From Victivallales bacterium (GTDB lineage Bacteria; Verrucomicrobiota; Lentisphaeria; Victivallales; UBA1829): 64,000 bases of DNA. Position 1 is the first letter of the stretch. Each line of letters starts with the position of its first letter. Position numbers and translations under genes: made by a program. The stretch lies in the NCBI GenBank assembly GCA_045594005.1, contig JAZNXT010000015.1:13418-77417 (forward strand), in the 5' to 3' direction. Below the pieces are notes generated by a model. It had not been told where the DNA came from. It saw only the letters and a program-made list of their open reading frames with translations, and did not search any database. Of this stretch, positions 1 to 9,683 are shown piece after piece.

Positions 1-705
1 ATCCGCAATGGTACCCAACGCCACATAATCCAGCACTTCCTGCATATTGGTGTTGGTTCCGCCGTAAAGTACAAACGCGTGAGCCAGTTTGAAAGCCACA
101 CCCACTCCGGAAAGATTCCGCAGATCGGCAACTTCATCATGCACTTTCGGGTTGATGATCGCGATGGCGTCCGGCAGTTCTTCTGCAGGATCGTGGTGAT
201 CCGTAATGATCACATCGATCCCTTTTGCACGGGCAGTGGCGACTGCTTCCGCGCTGTTGATACCGCAGTCCACAGTGACCAGTACGCCGCAGGAACCGCC
301 GCATCCATCCAGAGCCTTCTGGAGAGATTCGGGGGTAAATCCGTATCCGTCGTCAAATCTGTGCGGGAGGAACGAACTGACAATACCGCCGTTATTTTCG
401 AGTACCCAAGCCAGAAGCGCAGTAGCCGTGATCCCGTCGGTGTCATAATCACCGTGGATCAGGATCTGCTCGCGATTCCGGATTGCCTTCCAAAGACGTT
501 CAACGGCAAGATCGATACCGGGGAACCGGAACGGATCACTCAAATCTGCAAAAGACGCATTGAAATACATATCAACGTCGTCTGCTTCAATGCCCCTTGC
601 TGCGAGAAAAAGAGCCACAGCACGGGGGAGTGATTTCGTTCTGATCAACTGATCTGTTATTTGTTCTTTACCGTCGGACGCGCATTTCCATTGTTTGCTG
701 TCCAT
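1..705 (-). CDS. recJ: Single-stranded-DNA-specific exonuclease RecJ, N-terminal part (gene continues beyond window start)
   Basis: Own translation of minus strand from ATG at 705: MDSKQWKCASDGKEQITDQLIRTKSLPRAVALFLAARGIEADDV...REQILIHGDYDTDGITATALL...VLVTVDCGINS...IDVIITDHHDP...NLSGVGVAFKLAH. DHH-family motifs occur in RecJ order. Absent from the ORF track because it runs off the window edge; the listed + ORF 79..633 is its antisense shadow. Confidence 0.85.
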   Translation of the reverse strand, partial: MDSKQWKCASDGKEQITDQLIRTKSLPRAVALFLAARGIEADDVDMYFNASFADLSDPFRFPGIDLAVERLWKAIRNREQILIHGDYDTDGITATALLAWVLENNGGIVSSFLPHRFDDGYGFTPESLQKALDGCGGSCGVLVTVDCGINSAEAVATARAKGIDVIITDHHDPAEELPDAIAIINPKVHDEVADLRNLSGVGVAFKLAHAFVLYGGTNTNMQEVLDYVALGTIAD

Positions 706-820
706 TTTGCTTTCTGTTTTCTTTTGTTAATACTACTGATAACACGCTAACAATATAACCCTTTTTTCCGGAATCGCCAATCTTTTTTTGCAAAAAAACG
801 CTTTTTTTTCCAAAAAAAAC

Positions 821-848
821 TTGACATCTGCAAAAAACGGAGTAAATT
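821..848 (+). promoter_or_regulatory. sigma70-type promoter for tRNA-Leu
   Basis: TTGACA (821-826), 16-nt spacer, TAAATT (843-848), preceded by long A/T tracts (781-820), about 35 nt upstream of the tRNA. Motif match only. Confidence 0.5.
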
Positions 849-883
849 AGATGCATGATCGAATGAGATTTGATCGATTCCGT

Positions 884-969
884 GCCGACGTGGCGGAATG
901 GCAGACGCGCTGCGTTCAGGTCGCAGTGGCTTCACGGCCGTGAAGGTTCAACTCCTTTCGTCGGCACCA
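884..969 (+). tRNA. tRNA-Leu (anticodon CAG)
   Basis: Hand-folded class II cloverleaf: acceptor GCCGACG/CGTCGGC, anticodon stem CTGCG/CGCAG with loop TTCAGGT, long variable arm TGGCTTCACGGCCGT, T-loop TTCAACT, discriminator A and encoded CCA. Confidence 0.9.
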
Positions 970-1195
970 TTTTTTGTGCTGCAAGCATCTTTCTGTGTAA
1001 GGAAGGTGCTTTTTTTGTGCCGTGATTTTTTTCATAACGCGTTGTTCCCGATGAGGAGAGATGCCGGAGCCGGAAAAGCAGAAAAGACCGATCCGGAAAA
1101 GTCTTCAGTCGACAGTCTTCAGCCGGCAGCCGTTTTTGCTGCGGGCGAAGCGGATGAGCGGCTTTGCCGTTCAGGGTCAACAATTACAACGCCTC

Positions 1196-1285
1196 CCGCA
1201 CGCCTTCAGCGTGCAAGTGGTATGATATGCCTTTTGAACCTATGGGCAAGCCCATAGGCTGTAATCCTGCACGCCTTCAGCGTGC
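1196..1285. repeat. Cluster of three hairpins; outer two are identical 17-nt palindromic units
   Basis: GCACGCCTTCAGCGTGC occurs at 1198-1214 and 1269-1285 (stem GCACGC/GCGTGC). These flank CCTATGGG-CAAG-CCCATAGG (1239-1258). Located between tRNA-Leu and dnaE. Confidence 0.6.
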
Positions 1286-1431
1286 TTATCTCCCCACAAT
1301 GGGAATAGAGAGATCAAAAAAAACTTTTTCGCAAGAAAATGCAATTCCCCGCTTGAAATTTTGCCGTTTTGGTGTGATAGTTCCACCGTGATGATGTTTT
1401 GATAAAGAGATAATACGGAAGGATCAGCGGG

Positions 1432-4400
1432 ATGTCAAGCGAAAATGCGGGAGCCGCACCCGGAGAAAAAACGGTAAAATGCAAACATGATTTTGTACAT
1501 TTGCACCTTCATTCGGATTACAGTCTTCTGGATGGTGCGTGTGCGATCTCGTGGGCAAAATTGAAAGATGCCAGCGGGAAGACCGATATTGTGACCATGG
1601 CGCAGGAATACGGGATGCGGGCTGTGGCTCTTACCGACCACGGCGTGATGGGCGGCTGTCTGGAATTTCATAATGCCATGAAGGATAAAGGGATCAAACC
1701 CATCATCGGATGCGAAACTTATATCGCGCCCTGTCCCCGTACAGTCAAATCCATCGATGTTCCCAATGTCCGCGGGTTCCATTTGATCCTGCTGGCGGAA
1801 AATCAGAAGGGGTATCACAATCTGTGCAAACTCATCAGCGAAGCGCATACCAGCGGGTTCTACTACAAACCGCGTATCGATAAAGAGCTGCTGCGGGAAT
1901 ATCACGAAGGGATCATCGGGATGAGTGCGTGTATCCAGGGGGAGATCGCTCAGGCGGCTCTGTTGCGGGATTATGAGGGTGCGAAAGAAGCACTGACGGA
2001 ATATCTGGATATTTTCGGACGGAAGAATTTTTATCTGGAGATCATGAGTCACCGCACCAAAGATCCGGTTCCTGCAGATATCCGGGACGATTACAATGAA
2101 ATGATCGATCAGCAGGACAAGATCAACCGGATCCTGCTGAAACTCTCCAGAGATGTGGAAGTGCCGGTGGTGGCGACCAACGACTGTCATTATCTGCGCA
2201 AAGAACACGCAAAAGCCCATGAAGTCATGCTCTGTATCCAGACGCGCACCACCATGGAAATGAGCAAGCGCATGCGTCTTTCCAGTGAAGAATTTTATTT
2301 CAAGAGCGGCGATGAGATGTTCGAGATCTTCGGCAATGAAGCCCCGGAAGCCATCAGCAACACGCTGGAAGTGGCAGAACGGTGCAATGTGACGATCGGC
2401 TACGAAAACCATTATCCCGAATACGATCCGCCGGAAGAATTTGTTGCCCGTCTGGATCTGGATGCCATTAAAGCGGAATCCGAAAAAGAGATCGCCGCCG
2501 AGATCGAAAAGGACAGTCAGCCCGGCGATGACGGCAAACCCGGGAAAGTTTTTTCCGATGATGATAAAGCCGATTTGATCCGCCGGCGGATCGTGCTGAA
2601 AAAAGCCAGTGCCTATCTGCGGGAGATCTGTCTTTTCGGGACCGGAGAAAATTCCGTTTGCGGATACAAAAAGAAATACGGCTATGATCCCTTTGATCCG
2701 CCGGAAGATAAAAAAGCGGAAGCGGAAGAAAATCTCAAACGCATGGATTACGAACTTTCCGTGATCAACCGCACAAAATATCCCAGTTATTTTCTGTGTG
2801 TGTGGGACTTTATCAACTGGGCGAAAGAACACGATATCCCCGTGGGACCCGGGCGTGGATCCGGAGCCGGATCCATTGTGGCGTATCTTTCCGGGATCAC
2901 CAATATCGACCCCATGAAATATGACCTGCTCTTTGAGCGTTTTCTGAATCCTGACCGCGTATCTCCGCCGGACTTCGATACAGACTTCTGCGAACGCAAC
3001 CGCCAGCGTGTGATCGATTATGTGGTGGATAAATACGGTGCGGACAGTGTTTCACAGATCGGGACTTACGGCACGCTCAAGGCGAAAGTTGTCCTGAAAG
3101 ATATTGCCCGTGCGCTGGGCAGACAGCCTTCCGACGGGAACATGATCACCAAAGCTGTGCCGGACGATCCGAAGATGACGCTGAAAAAAGCAAAAGAGGA
3201 ATCTCCCGATTTCCGTCAGCTGCTGGAAAATGAACCCTGGGTGGAAAATATCTACAATTACGGTATGACGCTGGAACAGCTGAACCGTCAGATGGGGATC
3301 CATGCCTGCGGAGTGATCATCTGTAATCAGCCGTTGGCGGATCTTGTGCCGCTTGGACGGGGAGCCAACGATGAAGTCATTACGCAATATGTGGCTCCGC
3401 TGTGCGAAAGTGTGGGTTTGCTGAAGATGGACTTCCTGGGGTTGCGTACGCTCACGGTGATCCAGGATGCCTGCGACAATGTGTTCCGGAACCGGGGGAT
3501 CAAACTGGATATGGATCAGATCCCTCTTGACGATCAGGCGACATTTGATCTGCTCAACAACGGTGATACCGTGGCGGTGTTCCAGCTGGAATCCGGCGGT
3601 ATGCAGAATCTCTGCCGGAAATTCGGTGTGGAAAATCTGAAACACATCATTGCTCTTGTTGCGATCTACCGACCCGGTCCCATGCAGTTCATCGACCTTT
3701 TTGTGGGGCGTAAAAAAGGCACCATCCCCATTGAATACGATCACCCGAAAATGGAGGCACTGCTCAAAGAAACTTACGGGATCATGCTTTATCAGGAGCA
3801 GATCATGCAGGTGGTGCAGGTGCTGGCGGGCTTCTCGCTGGGTCAGGCGGATATTCTGCGCCGTGCCATCGGGAAAAAGAAGATCAAAGATATGCTCAAG
3901 CAGCATGATAAATTTGTGGAAGGCTGTGCAGCCACCAATAATATTCCTGCGGAACAGGCGGAAAAGATTTGGGAAAACATCAAAAAATTTGCCGATTACG
4001 GGTTCAACAAGAGCCACAGTGCGGCATACGCGATCATGTCTTACCGGACTGCTTATCTCAAAGCGAATTTCCGCCCGGAATTTATGGCGGCGGTGATGAC
4101 CAGCGAACTTTCCAACAGCGAAAAACTCACCTTCCTTATCAGCGAATGTCGTGATGCAGGGATCCGGCTGCTGCCGCCGGATGTGAGTTCCAGCAATGTC
4201 AACTTTACTGTGGACGGGGATGCGATCCGGTTCGGACTGGGTGCGATCAAGGGGTTCGGAGCGGGTGTTTCCCAAAGTATCATCGACGCACGGAAAGACG
4301 GTCCGTTCAAATCCATTACCGACCTTCTGGAGCGCACGGAAGGGATCAACTCCAAGGCATTGGAAAGTCTGATCCGTGCCGGAGCATTGGATTCATTGGG

Positions 4401-5286
4401 ATTGAAACGCTCCCAGCTTGTGGCGATGATCGACAGTGCCATTGCCAGTGCCAATGCGTCAAAACGCGATAAAGACAGCGGGCAGGGCAGTCTTTTTGAT
4501 TTCCTTTCCGAAGAAGATCAGAAGGGGATGACCGATGTGCCTGTGCCGGATATTCCGGAATTTGACGATCAGGAATTGCTGGACAATGAAAAAGCCCTGT
4601 TGGGATTCTATGTTTCCGGACATCCGCTGCAGCGGTATGATAAACTGTTGAAAACGTATTCTTCCGCCAAGATTTCGGACATTACGCAGATGCCGTCGGA
4701 TATCGGTGTGAAACTGGGAGGTATGATCACAGCATTTACGCGGAAACTCACCAAAAAAGATCAGAAACCTTTTGCGATCTTCCAGTTGGAGGATCTGACC
4801 GGGAATCTGGAATGTATCTGCTACAACAAAGTCTATGAAAAAGTCAGTACATATCTTGCGGAAGGCGCGAAAGTATTTGTCCGCGCTCTCACGAAGAAAG
4901 GGGAGGAGGAAAATTCCCCGTGTGCGCTGATGGTGGAGGATGTGATCCCGCTGGAAGAAGTGTACGGTTCCGATACGGAAGAACTGCATATCCATCTGGA
5001 CGCATCGAAGCATGACCGGAGTCATCTGGAGGCATTGCGGCAGTTGATCCGGAACAATACCGGGGATGTGCGGCTGATCCTGTGTGCGCATACAGCAAAA
5101 GGTGTTACTGCATTTATCGAACCTTCTGCGCGGTATGCGGTCAGAGTCAGCGCGGATCTGCTGCTTCAGCTGGAGGCATTGCTGGGAGAAAACTGCTGCA
5201 AACTCAAAGCGAAAAGCGATGTTCCCCAGCCGCGTCCGCAATACAACAGAGATTGGAAGAAAGAAAAAGAAGGAGAAAAACAATGA
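1432..5286 (+). CDS. dnaE: DNA polymerase III alpha subunit
   Basis: 1284-aa ORF with N-terminal PHP motif HLHLHSDYSLLDGA, catalytic region PDFDTDF and GPGRGSGAGS, and FLGLRTLTVI; SD GGAAGGA 7 nt upstream of ATG. Confidence 0.95.
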   Translation: MSSENAGAAPGEKTVKCKHDFVHLHLHSDYSLLDGACAISWAKLKDASGKTDIVTMAQEYGMRAVALTDHGVMGGCLEFHNAMKDKGIKPIIGCETYIAPCPRTVKSIDVPNVRGFHLILLAENQKGYHNLCKLISEAHTSGFYYKPRIDKELLREYHEGIIGMSACIQGEIAQAALLRDYEGAKEALTEYLDIFGRKNFYLEIMSHRTKDPVPADIRDDYNEMIDQQDKINRILLKLSRDVEVPVVATNDCHYLRKEHAKAHEVMLCIQTRTTMEMSKRMRLSSEEFYFKSGDEMFEIFGNEAPEAISNTLEVAERCNVTIGYENHYPEYDPPEEFVARLDLDAIKAESEKEIAAEIEKDSQPGDDGKPGKVFSDDDKADLIRRRIVLKKASAYLREICLFGTGENSVCGYKKKYGYDPFDPPEDKKAEAEENLKRMDYELSVINRTKYPSYFLCVWDFINWAKEHDIPVGPGRGSGAGSIVAYLSGITNIDPMKYDLLFERFLNPDRVSPPDFDTDFCERNRQRVIDYVVDKYGADSVSQIGTYGTLKAKVVLKDIARALGRQPSDGNMITKAVPDDPKMTLKKAKEESPDFRQLLENEPWVENIYNYGMTLEQLNRQMGIHACGVIICNQPLADLVPLGRGANDEVITQYVAPLCESVGLLKMDFLGLRTLTVIQDACDNVFRNRGIKLDMDQIPLDDQATFDLLNNGDTVAVFQLESGGMQNLCRKFGVENLKHIIALVAIYRPGPMQFIDLFVGRKKGTIPIEYDHPKMEALLKETYGIMLYQEQIMQVVQVLAGFSLGQADILRRAIGKKKIKDMLKQHDKFVEGCAATNNIPAEQAEKIWENIKKFADYGFNKSHSAAYAIMSYRTAYLKANFRPEFMAAVMTSELSNSEKLTFLISECRDAGIRLLPPDVSSSNVNFTVDGDAIRFGLGAIKGFGAGVSQSIIDARKDGPFKSITDLLERTEGINSKALESLIRAGALDSLGLKRSQLVAMIDSAIASANASKRDKDSGQGSLFDFLSEEDQKGMTDVPVPDIPEFDDQELLDNEKALLGFYVSGHPLQRYDKLLKTYSSAKISDITQMPSDIGVKLGGMITAFTRKLTKKDQKPFAIFQLEDLTGNLECICYNKVYEKVSTYLAEGAKVFVRALTKKGEEENSPCALMVEDVIPLEEVYGSDTEELHIHLDASKHDRSHLEALRQLIRNNTGDVRLILCAHTAKGVTAFIEPSARYAVRVSADLLLQLEALLGENCCKLKAKSDVPQPRPQYNRDWKKEKEGEKQ

Positions 5287-6764
5287 AACTGACACATATT
5301 TTTCTGTTGACGGCTTTATCCGCCTGTCCGACTCTTTATGCACAGGGCTTGGACGCTGATTACAAGCCCCGTGTCATTGAAAAACGCAAAGCGGATCCGG
5401 AAGATGAAGAAAAAGCGGTTCAGAAATTGATGGCTCCGGAGGAACTTTATACCATCGGAAACCATTTCAAAAAGGAATACCGGCGCACATCTGTTTCCGG
5501 ATTTGTGATCGACAATAAGGATTTGACTGCGGAAAAGATCACGGCGTTCCGCAGTGTGTTTGCCGCGAAACCGGTCACGGAAAAAGGCGGTCTGGAATAT
5601 GCCGACATCCTGATGATCCCTGTCAGATCCACATTCCGTCTGGACAAGGCATTGCAGCTGGATGCCAAAAAAACGGATCCGGCAACTGCGGATTTCTTTT
5701 ACAGCCAATATGGTTTTCAGTGGCGTTATCTGGAAAGCGGATTGAAACATTATACGCTGTATCTCGGACGGAATAAAGACTATTATTTTTTCGGTACTTC
5801 CAATCTTCCGTTTCTTGTAAAAGTCAAAAAACTGCTTGCTCTGAAGGGCGGTTTTTCCGTGGAGGAATATCTTTCGGAAGCCTTATCCGTTCAGGATGCG
5901 GAGGACCGTACTGCGGAAGAAGCCAGTGTGCTTCTGCCGGAATCCGGGAACAGAGCATTGCCTTATCTGAAAAGTTCCATTCAGGCGATTACTGAACTGG
6001 ATGAAGGGGCGTATCCTCATTTCCGTGTACTGGCAAAGATCGCCACACCGGAAGCATTTGAGATGATGAATTCCTATGCGGACGATGCGTCGCTGAAATA
6101 TGTGCTGCTGCCGCTTTTCGATGCGATCATTTCCGGGAAACTGATCAACAAGCAGCTGCTTCCCTGCTATTATGCCATGCTGCGGGAACAGGTGGCGATC
6201 ACCTTTGCGGCAGAAGCTCTGGCAAAATTGAATTTGCGGACGGAAGCGCGTGACCGCCTGCGTGCAGTGGTTCGCGAACCGCAGGATTTTGACAGTTATA
6301 AATTTGCGACATTTCTCATTTTCGGGATGGAAAATCCGGGCGTGATCCCGCCTCATAAGATCGCGGAGGAGGAGATCCGCGTTCTGCTGGTGCGCGGCGG
6401 TGATATTCCGGAATCCACAAAATTTGTCAACACCCGTGAAACGGAAACGGAACGGGAATTGCGTCTGGCAAAAAAAGATATGGAACGGATCAAAGAGCAT
6501 TATGACAAATTGATCCTTTCCCCCAATAAAGATCTGACCATGATCATGGCATTGGAACTGATCCTGACGAGGATTCCCCGGAAAGATGTTTCCGCGCTCT
6601 ATGAACAGCGGCTCCATGCTGTGGGATATAAATTGCTGAAAGATATTCCCGGACAGCGTCTGGAACTCACAAGACTGGTCAAGCGTCTTGCTTCCGACCG
6701 CAACCGGAATGCGGCGGAACGGGAAAAATTCCGTGCCATTGCCAAGCGTTTGGGGATCTATTGA
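5283..6764 (+). CDS. Hypothetical secreted protein (no family recognised)
   Basis: ATG at 5283 overlaps the dnaE stop (ATGA). Begins MKLTHIFLLTALSACPTLYAQG, which is signal-peptide-like. The track start at 5082 would overlap dnaE by 200 nt and is rejected. Confidence 0.6.
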   Translation: MKLTHIFLLTALSACPTLYAQGLDADYKPRVIEKRKADPEDEEKAVQKLMAPEELYTIGNHFKKEYRRTSVSGFVIDNKDLTAEKITAFRSVFAAKPVTEKGGLEYADILMIPVRSTFRLDKALQLDAKKTDPATADFFYSQYGFQWRYLESGLKHYTLYLGRNKDYYFFGTSNLPFLVKVKKLLALKGGFSVEEYLSEALSVQDAEDRTAEEASVLLPESGNRALPYLKSSIQAITELDEGAYPHFRVLAKIATPEAFEMMNSYADDASLKYVLLPLFDAIISGKLINKQLLPCYYAMLREQVAITFAAEALAKLNLRTEARDRLRAVVREPQDFDSYKFATFLIFGMENPGVIPPHKIAEEEIRVLLVRGGDIPESTKFVNTRETETERELRLAKKDMERIKEHYDKLILSPNKDLTMIMALELILTRIPRKDVSALYEQRLHAVGYKLLKDIPGQRLELTRLVKRLASDRNRNAAEREKFRAIAKRLGIY

Positions 6765-6767
6765 TAT

Positions 6768-9668
6768 ATGCCGAAAAAAATTTTTTATAAAGGGTTTGAT
6801 GCCGATCTGATCAAAACAGCGGCAGAGTTTTTGTGTTCACTTTCCAGTGGAACACCGATCGTCGATCTGGCGGACTGTATAGCCGTCCTGCCCGGAAAAA
6901 ATATGATCCGGACACTGAATTGCGAACTGGCAAAAGCGGAACACGGGATCTTTCCGCCGCTGATGCTGACTCCGGCAACATTGCTGCGGTTCGGATTGGA
7001 TCACGGTGTCCGGAAAACGGCGTCGGATATGGAACAGCTGCAGATCTGGCAGAATGTGCTGAAAGCCGCTGATCCGGCTCAATATCAAAATTTGTTCAAT
7101 GGCGTATTTCCGCAACAGGATCCGGCATTGCTGTATTCTGTGGCTTCAGACTTGCTGGCTCTCCGCAAAGAATTGAGCCGGAACGCTCATACCATTTCAA
7201 GTGCCGGCGCGTTTCTGAAGGAGGAATACGGACGCTGGGATGCACTGGATGTGCTGGAAAAAGAGTTTCTCCGTCAGTTGGAGGAACACAATCTGACGGA
7301 TCCGACGGCAGAGATCGTATCGGCAGTGGATGATGTTTCCGTCTTCCGCAAATACAAAAAACTGGTTCTGATCTCCACACCGGATCTGCCGCCGGTATTG
7401 ATCCGGCGGTTGAAAAATGTGCTGGCTCAAACAGAGATCGAGATCAATATTCTCATTGCCGCGCCCGATCCGGAAACGCTGGAATCCAAAGAACATCTTT
7501 TTGATGAATGGGGACAGGTCATTCCGGAGATGTGGAAAAATTATTCTCTCCCCATCCGGGAAACACATCATCATCTTCATGCGGTGAACAATCCCGCCGC
7601 CGCCGCTGAACTGGCAGTGGTACTTGCCCGGAATCACGGGATCTTTGATACAGAGCAAACTTGTGCCGCCATTGCGGATCCTGCCGTTTTTCCGGATTTT
7701 GAAAAAGCGTTTTCCCGTTTCCGGAAAGAGGATTCCGGCGCGGGACTGGATATTTACGACCCCGCAGGGATCGCCATGAAAAAACTGCGGATCCTGCCTG
7801 TGCTGGAATGTCTGGCGGCATTGGGGAAAAACTCCTCGCCGGAAACGGTCCGTCTGTTTCTCCGGAATCAGGATCTTGCCCGGTTCTGTGTGAAAAATAC
7901 CGGATTTTCTTCTGAAGATCAGCTTCTTGCGGCATCGGATCAATATCTTCTTGCAAAATTGCCGGATATGATCCATCCGGGTCTGCCGGATCCCGGAAAA
8001 GACCGTTATCAGAGTTCTCCGGAGGAATTGAAAAAACTTTTTGCCCTGCTCGGAGAATTGCAGGAGCTTTTCTCCGGAAAAAAAGAAAACGGCGTGACGC
8101 AGCTGCGGGAACTGTTGAAAAATATCTTTCCCGCAGAAAATTATCCGCCGATCCGCGCTGTGGCGTTTGCAAGCGAAGAAACGGAAGTGCGCAACACGCT
8201 TTCCGCCATGGAAAAAAGTACTCTATTCAAGGATCTTGATTGTGCGGAAGTGCTTGATATTCTGATCCGGACGCTCCGGGAACATGCCTGTTATCCGGAA
8301 CATACCGCTGATGCCATGGAGATCTGCGGGTTTCTGGATCTGCCGTTCCGGAATGCACAGCATATCATTCTCTGCGGCGTGAATGACGGACTGATCCCGG
8401 AAAAAACATCGCAGAATCCGTATCTGACCGATACCAGACGCAAAGCACTCGGTCTGCCGGATAATGACAGCCGTTTTGCCCGTGACTGTTTTTATCTGAC
8501 CACGCTGCTGGAAAAGACAGCCTGCGATGACAAATCGCTGCATCTGATTTCCTGGAAATTCAATAAAGACGGCAGCAATTCCCGTTTTTCGCCTATACTT
8601 TTCAAGTGCAGCGACGCAGAACTGCTGCAACGGATCCACAGACTCTACGATGAACAGGAGGAAATACCGTCTTTCTCTTTACAAAATCACGGCAACAACA
8701 GCATCACGCTCCAACCGGATTTCAGTCGTGCGTTTCTGAAGAAGGATCCGGACGGAAACGATGCACTCATTCTTTCCGTGACAGATTTCAAACTGCTGCT
8801 GGCAAGTCCGCTCCGTGCATTTCTTTCGCGTTCTCTGGGCATGAATAAAATTGATTATGACAGACTGGATCTGGATCATGCCGGCTTTGGTACGGATTGC
8901 CACAAGATATTTGAAAATATCAAAAATCCTTTTGATACGGATTGCCGGCAATTACAGGAAACGCTGAAAAAGATACTTTATGCCTATATGAAGAAAACAT
9001 ACGGAGATCCGCTTCCTATGTTGATCGGGATCCAGCAGGAGATTCTGGAAAAACGCCTTTACCACGCAGCGATCGCCATTGCCGATGACTCAAAAGGATT
9101 TGAGTGTATTGAAACAGAATGGAAACTGGGAGGCAGACAGCAGAACGGGATCCCCTTTGAAGGTGCGGTCATCCGCGGCACGATCGACCGGATCGAAGTC
9201 AGCCGTGACCGCAAAACATTGCGTCTGATCGATTTCAAGACCTTCAGCAGGAAAGAGACACCCGCCAAAAAGCATTTGCATACAAACAGACAGGGCTGTC
9301 AGACATTTATTGATCTTCAGCTGCCGTTGTATAAACTTCTGCTGCCGCTGGATGAAACTTTCCGGGAGGCACATCCGGAACTTGATTTGGAACATATCAA
9401 TATCATTTGCGGGTATTTCTGCCTGCCGACCGCAGTCACAGAAACAGGCTATGCGCTCTGGAACGATCTTTCTGATGATATTATGGAAAGTGCCAAAAGT
9501 CAAACCTGCCGTTTTATCAATGCGATCAAAATCATGCAGGAGCGGAATTTCTGCATCGATGATTTTACATCTGTCGCTTATGATGATTTCAAAAATATTC
9601 TGCTGCCGGATAAAGAACTGGCAATGCCGGATATTCTTTTTCATCAGGATAGTCTGACTTCAATTTAA
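6768..9668 (+). CDS. AddB-like PD-(D/E)XK nuclease subunit of an AddAB-type helicase-nuclease
   Basis: 966-aa ORF with C-terminal RecB-family nuclease motifs GTIDRIEV...LRLIDFKT and QLPLY. No intact Walker A seen near the N terminus. Lies 15 nt upstream of the UvrD/AddA-like gene. Confidence 0.6.
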   Translation: MPKKIFYKGFDADLIKTAAEFLCSLSSGTPIVDLADCIAVLPGKNMIRTLNCELAKAEHGIFPPLMLTPATLLRFGLDHGVRKTASDMEQLQIWQNVLKAADPAQYQNLFNGVFPQQDPALLYSVASDLLALRKELSRNAHTISSAGAFLKEEYGRWDALDVLEKEFLRQLEEHNLTDPTAEIVSAVDDVSVFRKYKKLVLISTPDLPPVLIRRLKNVLAQTEIEINILIAAPDPETLESKEHLFDEWGQVIPEMWKNYSLPIRETHHHLHAVNNPAAAAELAVVLARNHGIFDTEQTCAAIADPAVFPDFEKAFSRFRKEDSGAGLDIYDPAGIAMKKLRILPVLECLAALGKNSSPETVRLFLRNQDLARFCVKNTGFSSEDQLLAASDQYLLAKLPDMIHPGLPDPGKDRYQSSPEELKKLFALLGELQELFSGKKENGVTQLRELLKNIFPAENYPPIRAVAFASEETEVRNTLSAMEKSTLFKDLDCAEVLDILIRTLREHACYPEHTADAMEICGFLDLPFRNAQHIILCGVNDGLIPEKTSQNPYLTDTRRKALGLPDNDSRFARDCFYLTTLLEKTACDDKSLHLISWKFNKDGSNSRFSPILFKCSDAELLQRIHRLYDEQEEIPSFSLQNHGNNSITLQPDFSRAFLKKDPDGNDALILSVTDFKLLLASPLRAFLSRSLGMNKIDYDRLDLDHAGFGTDCHKIFENIKNPFDTDCRQLQETLKKILYAYMKKTYGDPLPMLIGIQQEILEKRLYHAAIAIADDSKGFECIETEWKLGGRQQNGIPFEGAVIRGTIDRIEVSRDRKTLRLIDFKTFSRKETPAKKHLHTNRQGCQTFIDLQLPLYKLLLPLDETFREAHPELDLEHINIICGYFCLPTAVTETGYALWNDLSDDIMESAKSQTCRFINAIKIMQERNFCIDDFTSVAYDDFKNILLPDKELAMPDILFHQDSLTSI

Positions 9669-9683
9669 CGGGGGGAGCAAGTT

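Noticed and set aside
79-633. 184-aa + strand ORF at the window start
   Set aside because: It lies exactly antisense to a clear RecJ N-terminal coding sequence (minus strand, ATG at 705). Its translation has no recognisable features and there is no SD.
898-1257. ORFs running through tRNA genes (898-1257 across tRNA-Leu; 26183-26431 across tRNA-Asp, beginning MAGATGLEPATS)
   Set aside because: These are typical spurious translations of tRNA sequence. The cloverleaf folds are unambiguous.
1196-1285. Possible CRISPR array (repeated 17-nt unit here, and the 9-bp repeat at 33985-34028)
   Set aside because: There are only two copies of a short palindromic unit here, and elsewhere a head-to-tail 9-mer without spacers. 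There are no cas genes, and the repeat length and spacing are wrong for CRISPR.
5082-5282. N-terminal extensions offered by the ORF track (5082 for the secreted hypothetical; likewise 28953 dxs, 36199 pepF, 42587 clpB, 19276 uvrB, 59933 nagB, 61261 uxaC, 14139 BNR protein, 49509 ilvB)
   Set aside because: Each extension overlaps an upstream gene, terminator or promoter. Each precedes an internal ATG with a good SD, at which the conserved N terminus of the family begins.
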